From positions 15,444,816 to 15,508,815 of the forward strand of contig OZ316895.1 of assembly GCA_973895155.1 (NCBI GenBank): DNA of 64,000 nt, written 5' to 3'. Every line of letters starts with the position of its first letter. Position 1 is the stretch's first letter. The notes under the pieces are model-generated. The model ran no database searches. It had not been told where the DNA came from and was given only the letters and a program-made list of their open reading frames with translations. Both the position numbers and the translations under genes were made by a program. Positions 1 through 10,382 of the stretch are shown here, one piece after another. The DNA comes from Marsupella aquatica. Lineage: Eukaryota > Plantae > Marchantiophyta.

Positions 1-1117
1 ACTATTCAAACACACCTTTCTAAGTCCGAGATTCTTGTCATATCTTCGGTGTCAATTTTCCTATCAAATTAGTGACGGCTGCTCTACTCTTTCCACACAC
101 AGCTCGAGGGGACGAAGATCACTGGATCAAATTCCATGCCCTGAGCCATCAGCGTATCTAATTCTCGCAATGACTAATCGGTCGCCCAAGCGAGTTCATC
201 TAACAGTGATTTTCCTTGCTGCAGGTGGAAGTGGGGTAGAAGCAAACACGCCACAAGCACTACACCATTCGCTCCAGTCTTTGCAGAAATTAAGAGACCT
301 GTTAGTGACACTTCATTGGAGCCACGGTGCGATTCAAGGTGGAGCCACGGTGCTATTCTGTTACGCGACAGCTTTAGGCGAGAAACATGAATGCCTCGCC
401 GATCCTTCACTTACTGCGGTCTGTAACTATTGTACATGGCCTCATACGCAACATGCAGACGAACATTCACAGCTGTTGACAGAGCCTGCTTCAAGTAGCC
501 CAGACGCCAGAATCTCTTTCTCGAACAGGGCTTGGGCAGGTTGTCCTTCCCTTCTTCAACAGATCGCTCCGTTTCATGAAACTTATTTTGCTCTTTCAAA
601 ACCTCTGCAAATTGCTCCCGACCAAACCTTTCTCCACCGTCGCCAAGATCTTTGCCTGGTATTTGAGAATCTTATCGAGCTTCTTGATGACAGTTGACGA
701 TCTATCCATCTTCGTTGCAGTTGGGCTAATAGGTGGAATGGCCCTCCAATGTCATCCGATGCCAGTGCTGCTTTCCCATCTCGTTCCTATCAAATGAGAC
801 CCCTGCTTCTTTTGTCAACTCGGGTGGATAGATTCCCAGACTGACAGCTTCCTACATTCCTTGCATTGATGTCGTTCGTTGCTAACATAATCACAGACGG
901 TTCGTCCTTACGTGGACAGCAGCTATAGCAGACTTACGGCCCACAGGCCACTGCATTTTTCTTCCCATGAACTGCATTTGCACCCGCTTCTCACTTGAGC
1001 CGCTTCTGCCGCTTCTACATTTCTGTCACGGGTCTAGCATGGCCAACCATACTTCACCACTCTGTGAACATACTTCACCCGTCCACAAATCTCATGCCCA
1101 TGCCCCCAGGAGTATAA

Positions 1118-1553
1118 TGACATGATCGTCAGTCCGGTTCACTTGCCATTGTTTTCACTTGCCTCTTTTTTCCTTTGAATTATATTCAACTTGTCTATCC
1201 CAAACTATGGCTTCATAAAAATGCTAATCTCATCAAATGTGAAGAGCCTTTTTCATTGTTAACTACAACCCTTCCATTCCTATAATCTACTATGAACGTC
1301 ATGAAATACTTACCTGCGAACTTGGAGGTCTGCTTATGTAACCCACTGTGAGCATCATCAAATAATACCAGCGAACTTTGAGGTCTGTGGTCATGAAATA
1401 CTTACCTGCGAACTTAGAGGTCTGCTCACGATCAAAAGGGCTCACCCACATTTGATGAGACTAGCATTTTTGTGAAGCCACAGTTCAGGAAAGACGAGTT
1501 GGATATAATTCAAAGGAAACAATGCCAAGTGAACTTGGCTGACGATCATGTCA
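1118..1553. mobile_element. MITE-like foldback element with ~120-135 bp imperfect terminal inverted repeats
   Basis: 1118-1255 (tgacatgatcgtcag...ctcatcaaatgtg..gagccttttt) is the reverse complement of 1432-1553. The interior carries a ~37 bp direct repeat gtcatgaaatacttacctgcgaactt(g/a)gaggtctgct at ~1298 and ~1390. No clear TSD. Confidence 0.65.
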
Positions 1554-3496
1554 CGATGACATTGGTGCAAGAGTCATCTCATTTTGTTTAGGCAAGATAG
1601 CGATCAAATCTTCAGCATCTTGAACTCCACCTCGTTCTGAGGGTGCGGGACGAGGAAAGGACACTGAATGTGCCCTGGGTGGGCTCTCACTTGTTTGATT
1701 GGTATATAGAGCCTGCATTTGAAGCACAATATCGTCACGAGTCACAGCCCTATTCCGGGCATCCTGTACTTTCCGCAAAAACCTTTTCCGAGACTCCAAT
1801 ATGGATTCCTCGGCACTGGGGTCTTGTATGCCTCAGTCAAATGCAGTGGCTTGATAAGACATTGCTTCCCAACTTTGGTGAGCATTGTAGACCAAGGTTG
1901 GAAAGAAAAAGTTTGAAGTGGCAGAAGCTCCCATGCCAGTCCAGATCATGGCTGAAGATCACACACAAGACAACCAGAACTTCAGAAAGTTTCCACAAAG
2001 CGTAGTTTTGTTAACCTGCAAATGACTTGTTCCTAAGCTATGACTTGTTCCTAAGCTGACACTTGATACACTCAAAGTCATGAGCGTACAAGACACAGAG
2101 GAGCTTTAGAGCCTTAATCTTTGCACAACAATGCCAAAGAGCGTCCAATCAGCTTAAGGGAGCCTCAAACTTTAGTCGGTTAGCTGAGCCAGCATTGCCC
2201 TGCCTAAACCATTCTCTGTTCACCTAATTGTTGCAGCTCAATCGACATTTCCAGAAAATCTGAAATAGAAGTTCACCGAGAAATACAAGAGTGCGGATGC
2301 CAAGGCTGCCAAGAGGTCCACGTAAGGTCTCCTGAAGCGTGAGGCCCTCGAAAAGTTTTCTACGAGATTAAGAGAGGAAGATGGATATATGGAATTTGAA
2401 GTCAAATGGACTCCACCGGTGAACGTGGTTTTGCATAAAATTAAATTCAGTGAGCCAACTGGCCAGCAATAACTGGAGAGGTGCGTGCTGCCCTACCGAG
2501 TTTCTCTCATTTGAAGTAGAAGTCGGATGAGCTAGTCAGACTTTTCATTTGGAAAAGAACGAAACAGATGGACTGACTGGTGTCCAGCCATTCATAGGAG
2601 CTTCAAAGTCAGTATAAAAATTCACAAGATTGGAATTCAATGTGCCAGGGGGAGTGAGAGAGAGCACCATTCCAGGGAAGACATGTGAAGCCGCTGGATG
2701 GTAGACCAATGCCGATGCCTATCATCATAACCCCAACACTGAACCCGACACCGCATCCGGATCCTACAAAACCCACTGCCTCAGGACCAAACCCTGGTCC
2801 CCAGCCAACACCGCAGCCCAAACCCACCCCAGAACGCGCCGTGAGTTGGATGAACGGGATTCCATCGTTTATACCTCCGAGTCAAATCCATGATCGTCAT
2901 TTCTCCTCGCCAAGCGCATCTCACGAGAGCACTCTGGAGTTCGTTCAGTTCAGTTCCAGCTCAAATCGGCACACCCACTTTGATTCCTCTGATCCCCTAC
3001 TCATTCTCACCACTTCTCTGCTCTTAGTTTGCTTAACGCTGTCAGCTGACAAAAACACGACTCCCAAGTTGCCAGAAACCAAGTCACTCGATTGCTCGTC
3101 TCTTTCTTCTCAACCCTAACCTCAGACCTCCATCATTACAGTACTGTCGTGCAGTTCAGAGCCCAGCATGAATATGTCGAGGCTGAACTGGCACGAAGGC
3201 AGAGCTGTGACAAGAAGCACAGATTGGGATCCAAAAACATTGGGAGAATCGCTTCGAGCCTGAGAGAAGAGTGTACACGGCAACGAACAAACGCGACTTT
3301 GCTTTTGTTCACATCCTCCTTGACATGGGTTGGAATCGCAAAATGGCAAAATGGCGGTTGCGTTCAGATCTGTCCAACTGGATGTTGTTTTTATAGTCTG
3401 GGTCCAACTAATGGAGAGCACTTTCTCCACTACACACTAAAGAGCCCTGCCATGAGCGAACCTTGCGGGAGGTGGGGAACTCATGCATCCAGGCTT

Positions 3497-3722
3497 GTGA
3501 GCTTCCCCCAACGAGCTTCCCCAACGAGCTTCCCCACCAACGAGCTTCCCCAACGGTCCAGCGTTACCTACTCACCAAAAACTGTCATGCAGTGGGTCTA
3601 GCATTGAGTGCATATGCCAGAGTAGCTGCACGGTCCTGCCTTTCCGACTCACCAAAAACTGCCAGCAGTCAGCAGTCTCGTAGTGGGTCTAGCATTGAGT
3701 GCATTTTGCCAGAGTAGCTGCA
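3497..3722. repeat. Short tandem repeat (ccaacgagcttcc x~4) plus a 40 bp direct repeat
   Basis: ccaacgagcttccc units at 3500-3556; agtgggtctagcattgagtgcat..gccagagtagctgca at ~3591 and ~3682. Confidence 0.8.
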
Positions 3723-4008
3723 GATTAGATTAGCAGATAGGTTTGATTGAAAGTGTGAGGGCATATTTGGGTCGTCCATTGGTCCTGGCCGGCTGTGTCG
3801 TGCTACTGTGCTAGCTTGTGGAGCACAGCCCTGCCGGCCTGGCCGCCTGGGGGATAACTACTGTAGAGGTGGTGGTGACATTATTGGGGTGTGCAACTAG
3901 GGAATGGTGGGGGTTCAAAAACTGGGTCTCAGATTCTCAGTGCTGGTCCTGCTCTACTCACTCCTGACTCCCCGCTGGGGTCCATAGCGGAAGGTGGGCC
4001 CATGGTAG

Positions 4009-4620
4009 AATGGTGAGCAAAAAACTGGGAAAGTTGTGGCACAGGGTGAAGGGAAAGGGCAGATAGGCTCCAAAAACCAAAATTCTTCTTTTGAAATGAA
4101 GTTCAGTAAATGACACTTCACATTTGACCACTTTTTTCTAAATTTTGGGGGGATGGGGACCAACCTGTGCTAAAGAAAGGAAGGGGGGGGGGGGGGTTTG
4201 TTTTGTTTTTATTTTTGTTGTCTCGGGGAAAGGGGGGGTGGGGAGGAAGGGTTTTTTTGTATTTTTGTTAGTATTATGCTTTTCCGGGGGAGGTGGGTAT
4301 GGCCTGCAGTGAAGGCAGGGCAAAAGGCACCCGGGTGGGGCTTATATGGGGAGGAAGGTAGGAGGGCGTGGTATAAAAAAATTGCTTTTTGATTTGGAGT
4401 TTTGGGGGAGGGGGTTCCTTTCTGTTTGTTTTTGTACCATGGGATGAATCCATGCCCTCACCCTGTGCCCTACAGTAGCTCCTGAAACCCTTCCTTCCCC
4501 TCCCAAAATAGAAGAAAGCCTTCCCTCGCACGCTACCTCACTCCATGGCACCCCACGTCCACTGCCATCTGCCCTTTCCCTTCACTTTGTGCCACAACTT
4601 TCAACTATGCTTCAACCATT
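4009..4620. repeat. Inverted repeat pair (~55 bp) enclosing a homopolymer-rich segment; possible MITE
   Basis: gaaagttgtggcacagggtgaagggaaagggcagat (~4029-4064) pairs with atctgccctttcccttcactttgtgccacaactttc (~4567-4602), with weaker matches extending outward. Confidence 0.5.
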
Positions 4621-5649
4621 ATTTTAATCTGCGCAAGCAAACAACTCTATTTGTTAGCACATCTAGCCGTGTAATTTTGCTCAGTCATGACTTCTGATCA
4701 GAGGCGTGGAGGTTTTAAGAGGGAGGGGTATTCAAGAGGGAGGTACTGAGGTACAGTTTCCCTTAAATTCACTTTCACTAAAACAAAACTTGCCTAGCTA
4801 AGTAAGGGCTGTCCATAACAGATTCTTGTCCTTCTACAAGCAAGGCCCATGTTTGCAGGGCAAACAAAAGGGCCAAAAGTTGTGACTCGTTTTTATTCAA
4901 TCAAATTACCCTACCCTCATGACAAGATTGGTTTAGTCCTCATATGACTAGGCCTCTCATCCTAAACTATAATACACAGTTGTGCCACTTTTTAGAGTGG
5001 TCGTCATTCAGATTTGCAGGGCACAAAAATTAAAAAATCTGGTCAAACATAAGTAATAAAGCCAAAGTCTAAATTGAGTTTAGTGTGACACAAAAAGTTA
5101 CACCATTGTCCAAGACAAACCAAATAATCACACAAGACACCCAAAACAGTGAAAGACTTTAATTAACACAATGCACAAGAATCAATGCACTCGGATCAAT
5201 CCATGCAAGTAAGTATTCTACATATTCAATATTGTGTGCAACTTAGTTTTGTATAATAGTGGTAAGAGGAGTTTAATTGCTAATAATATTTTAATCACTT
5301 ATCAATAAAAAATTGTTCTCCCAATATTTATGGTGATTTTCAGACTCATTTGCACTGTCATTTTTTCAATGCCAAAAAATAAAAGCAATGAGGCCCAAAG
5401 ACATAGTGAAACATATGGCACGAGCATTGATGGCAAGCTCGATGGCAAGGTGTCGGGCGAGGGGCACACTTGCAATGTAGGGCAGCCCCTCGAAGGGCTC
5501 CAATCCCGCATGGGTGGGGAGGGGGGGGGGGAGGCGGGCAGTGAGCAAGTGGAGTGATGGTGAAATGGGGAAAAAAGGGAGGTTAAGGTTTAAAAGGAAC
5601 ATGAGAGAAAAAAGGTTAAAAAGGGGGGGAAAACACCTCTCATTTAGTT

Positions 5650-6926
5650 ATACTTTTGTGGTTGTCATAGCTGGTGTTTTGTGCAATGACATTTTTTATC
5701 CAAGAAAATTTTTGTGCAAAAAGAAAAAAAGAAAAGGGACTTTTGTGGCTGCCATAGCTGGTATTTTGCACAATGATATCTTTCACTCAACAAAAGGTTT
5801 TGTGCAATAATATATTTTACCAAATTTATTTATTTATTCAACGATATCTTTTGCACCATGATCTATTTCTCAACAACATCTTTAACCAAACAACATCTTT
5901 TATGCAACGCATGGGGATTGAAAGGATAGTGACAGAATGGTCATCTATGCTAAACCCTAAAACCCTAAACCTGAAACCGATAATATCACTTGCGCCAATG
6001 TATAGAGTGGTCGCCATTCAAACGCAAGAGCATTTTGGGTTAAAAAAACAAAACAAAGAAAAAGACTCACTTCTTCTCTCCTTGACTTTTTACTTCATAA
6101 CTCTTTCACATAACGACAACTTGGGTGAAACAACACCTTTTTTCTTATAACATCATTTACTTCACAATATCTTTGGCAAAATGACACATTTTTCTTATCA
6201 ACACATGTTTCACATAATGGCATCTTTGGCAAAAAAAATTCTTAACTACATCTTTTTTACTTCATGACATCTTTCACATAACAACATCTTGGGCGACACG
6301 ACATCTTTTTTCTTAATGACATCTTTTGTGCAACGCACAGGTATTTTCCCTCAATGATGTCTTGGCCGACACGACATCTTGGCTGATATGAATTTTTTTT
6401 CTTGACGACATCTTGGCTGACATGGCATCTTTTTTCTCAACATCTTCTAGACTTGGCCGACACGACATCTTTTTTTCTCAACGACTCCTTTTCTCTCAAC
6501 GATCTCTTGGCCGACACGATATCTTTTCTCTCCATTCATGACCTCTTGGCCAACAAAACTTTTTTTCTCTCAACGACCTCTTGGCCGACATGACATGTTT
6601 TCTCTCCATGACCTCTTGGCCAACACGACATATTTTCTCTCCATGACCTCTTGGCCAACACGACAACTTTTCTCTCAATGACCTCTTGGCCGACACGACA
6701 TCTTTTTTCTCAACGACTTCTTTTTTCTCAACGACTTCTTTTCTCTCAACGACTTCTTTTCTCTCAATGACCTCTTGGCCGACGCGACATCTTTCCTTTC
6801 CACTACCTCTTGGCCGACACGACATCTTTTGTCTCAACGACCTCTTGGCCGACACGACATCTTTTTTTCTCAACGACCTCTTGGCCGACATGACTTCTTT
6901 TGTGCAACGCACAGGTATTGAGCTGG
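5650..6926 (+). mobile_element. Non-autonomous Helitron-like element with internal ~36-38 bp minisatellite; 5' end not located
   Basis: Array of ctcttggccgacacgacatctttttttctcaacgac units, homogeneous at ~6355-6900 and degenerate at 5650-6350. It ends in tgtgcaacgcacaggtattgagCTGG|T, matching the plant Helitron 3' signature (GTGCAACGCAC hairpin, ~10 nt spacer, CTRR, then T). Telomere-like taaaccctaaaaccctaaacc at ~5950. Confidence 0.6.
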
Positions 6927-7486
6927 TACAGTCATAAGTTGTGGCAATCCATATGAGAGGCTAATCATCACATCTAATCATAACTATATGACACATCTAC
7001 ATTAAGTATAACTTTTATTTTAGATAAGATAGACTAGTCACATCTAGTAGTAATTTAATATCTCATTTAATCATAAGTTTCATCTTAGATAATATAGACC
7101 AGTCATATCAAACACTATATCCAATCCCATCATATTGTCTGTTTGTAAAATGCTGGGTGCAATCTTCAACTTTCAACTTGCAGACTGAATTTTTGGTGCA
7201 GTTGGATTTTAAAAGGAAGGGTTCATAGTAGATACAGGAATGGGGATCTGGGGATGGGCTCCAATCAGCCACATGTGCAGTTGCACACCGATGGGAAAGG
7301 AGGGAGCACAAGAACTTGAGAAATGCATGAGGGACAAAAAGACAGTAGGAGGGATCGGGTCAGGTTTACATGTGTGCTGGCTTGCAGTCGAGTGAGTACA
7401 AAGGTGTACAGAGTGGAGTACACAGACATGTAAGTTACAGTGCTAAGGTGAAGGGAGAGAAAGAAATTGGTACATTTTCCCACTAT

Positions 7487-7727
7487 GGGCTGTCCGGAAA
7501 CAACCCCATCTTAGCGAGGGCAGCTGAGTTAGGCCGCATCCATTCTACATGGACACAGAATTTCACAAAAAAATTAATTCCAAATTATTATTTTTGGCAA
7601 AATTTTAGATTTTTTCTTTTAGATTTTTTTGGTTTGTGCACCTACCTGGACGAGGTCGAGGGAAAGGTCAACCAAGATTGGGCCAATCTCAGCTGCCCAG
7701 CTGAGATGCACAGAGGTGCAAAGGCCC
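7487..7727. mobile_element. MITE-like foldback
   Basis: gggcagctgagttaggcc (7518-7535) vs ggccaatctcagctgccc (7681-7698), 16/18 inverted match; catct(t/c)agc also pairs further out; AT-rich interior. Confidence 0.45.
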
Positions 7728-8572
7728 ATCTCTACTACTTTAGTTGAAATTCACAAAAACTGACTAAAGGGCAAAAAGATTGATAAGTGATGAAGTAGTG
7801 GACTCCATTTTAGGCACGGTCTCAGCTCCTGCCTAAGCTGCCCTGTCCTGGCCCTGTTTACACTGCAAAACAATAAACAAAAGAAAATTTTAAAACATCT
7901 GCCTTCTGTTGTGAGACCATGCCTGGACTCCATGAAGCTCCCGATCTGTCAATTCAGGATCAACATACGATCGTTGATAATGACTGGGCTTTGCCTCAAC
8001 CAGCTAAACTTTGACACCTTCATGATGTGGACGAAATGCATCAAAATTCTGATGGTTCTATTCTTCAACAGCGCCCCACCTCTGATGGACATACAGGTCA
8101 GGCTAAGGAGCCCAGTGACACTGACATGGTATTTGAGATTTCTAGATGCGATAATCTCTACGAGTTTGATTTATAAGGCCCTTTCTAGGTCTCTGGAATC
8201 AGGGATCTCGCAAATCAAGTGGTCAAGATGATTGCTTTCAAGCGTTGAAGTACGTTTTACGAAGTTGAAGTAACAGTGATCATGATTTAGTCACTGCAAT
8301 CCATAAAATATTGCTAGACTTCAGAGATGAGGCACACGGTGAAGTCACTAAGTTAATGAAAAAATGAGAGGCAAACCGCAAAGTGCTGAAGGTGTGTCTT
8401 ACTTTCCTTATACTTGAGACGATCATTTTGGTAAAACATACATCATTATTTTGTTGTCATCTAAATGTAGGTAGATGTGACAAGCAGTGACAAAAGACAC
8501 GAGAAAAACAAGAGAAATCTCACCTCGCTTCCAGTATTTTCTCTAATAGCCTTGAGATTGACTTAAAAATAA

Positions 8573-8759
8573 ACTAAGAAAATTTGTTATTTGCCTTATT
8601 TTTAGTATTTTTAGATGTTGCAATCAAAATGTAATGGTTTCCAGAAAATAAAATGAGATTAGACTCTTTGGGTCTAAACCATGAAAAATAATTGGCCCAT
8701 GTCATCAATTGCAACATCTAAAAATCCCAAAACTAAGGCAAACAATGAACTTTCTTAGT
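8573..8759. mobile_element. MITE (~190 bp, ~55 bp TIRs)
   Basis: actaagaaaatttgttatttgccttatttttagtatttttagatgttgcaat is the imperfect reverse complement of attgcaacatctaaaaatcccaaaactaaggcaaacaatgaactttcttagt. Confidence 0.6.
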
Positions 8760-9146
8760 CTAAATCAATCTTGAGGCTATAGGAGAAAACATTTGATACG
8801 AGGAGATGTTCCGCATGTTGCTAGCTTGTTGTTGCTGTTTTTCTATAATAGAAAATATATGATGAGATATCAATGAGCCTAATATATGTGGTGTTATGTA
8901 TGACAAGGTCAGGGTGACAAGATTATCTGACATGAAAAGTATGGATTCATACTGGGATTCATGTTGGATCAATAATTGGAAATATTTCTTTCAATTGAGA
9001 ATTGCATTCACATGTATGAATGAAGGTAAATTAATCACCTCCCACAATGGGAAACCAAAGAATGATAAGTATGTAGGTGACTCTAACTATGGGAAAGGAT
9101 AAAATGGTACTCAAATTTTGCAAGGCTAGTATACATCCATCCAGCT

Positions 9147-9220
9147 CCATGGTGATGTCCATGTCTTTACTTCCAACTAAAATCCATGGTGATGTCCATG
9201 TACTTTACTTCCAACTAAAA
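9147..9220. repeat. Tandem duplication (~37 bp x2)
   Basis: ccatggtgatgtccatgt(a)ctttacttccaactaaaa repeated twice. Confidence 0.8.
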
Positions 9221-10382
9221 GGACCATTATGAGCCCTATGTGAAACTTTTTGAACCACTAAGGAAGTGATTTTATCTTTTTGGCTTTCGAAGGGTGAAAA
9301 CAAAAACTATTTGTTGATGAAGCCGTCGCTGTTGAACTTTAGCTGCTGCTAAAGTTCAAACCTGGGCTAGAACAGTTGTACAGATACATGTTACCAATGG
9401 CTCCCTTCGGAGGAGGAAGTGGTAAATTAATATAAGAAATCAACATCTAGCGAGAGTTACGTTTCTTACTTCGAATCAAAGGACCAGAACAAGGAAAGAA
9501 TGACAACAATGTTGTCTTTCTGAACACAGGATAACTCGTCAAGAGCACTCTCCGTAGCACTCCATCAAAACAACATTCCATGGTAGTAATCTTAGCTACG
9601 ACCAAAGGGATTTCAAACTCACATCGTCTAGGCAATATACTCTACTTGTATTAAATTACCTTTGTACATTGGTAAGCCATCAGGAAAACTGTTCGTCTTG
9701 GGCCTAAACCAAAACAACAGACCACAGCAATAATATAACTAGCCCAGGGACCCAAAGCGTCTAAAAGTCAAGGCGTCTCGGGCAGTAGACATTTTGACAT
9801 TAGAGTTTTCATGGGAAGGCCCTCCACTCATGTTGTTCCTGCTCTTGATCAGTGGGATCAAGATCTATAGAAACTGGCTCGTTAGATTGGGCTCATGATA
9901 TCACAACTAATAGTATCGACAGTGATAAATCCAACCCTCGCAATTATGTATAGTTCATAAGACAAGCCCCTCAAACCTCATTAGGCAACAACAAAAAATT
10001 CAAAACACGGGCTAAGCTGTAGCACAAAAGTTTATGTACAGAACTTTGGAGAGGTAAAATTTTAGGCCCTCTGAATATGATCTCCTCTACTACCTTGTTA
10101 TGGTTAGAACTTTAGCTGTTCCTTTCTTGCAGGCCGTCCTGAAAACATCCAACATGGCGGGGCAGAGTTAGCCTCACCCAATGTTCAATTCTTATCGTTA
10201 ACGTTCACCTCAATTTGGACAGGACCTCAGTAAAGCCAACTTCGAACTGATTGCTCGAGTCACAACTACAAATGATCTAAAGACCTTAGTAAGGACCACA
10301 AGCGCAATCATAAGTCTCATCAAGTAGCAGTTCTTGCACGGCGAGTTTTATTGCCGAGGACCTGGCAGAAAACAACGAATGA

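Noticed and set aside
35-697. 220-aa plus-strand ORF
   Set aside because: TTG start, no recognisable motif, and the opposite strand looks at least as protein-like; unsupported.
4140-4420. Dense G/T homopolymer tract (G-quadruplex-like), also 5510-5630 and 22690-22800
   Set aside because: The pattern of inflated homopolymers could be low-quality consensus sequence; it cannot be interpreted without reads.
6355-6900. Regular ~37 bp repeats resembling a CRISPR array, and ORFs 6402-6593, 6496-6912 and 6686-6937
   Set aside because: Units are contiguous with no unique spacers, the context is eukaryotic and there are no cas genes. The ORFs are by-products of the minisatellite.
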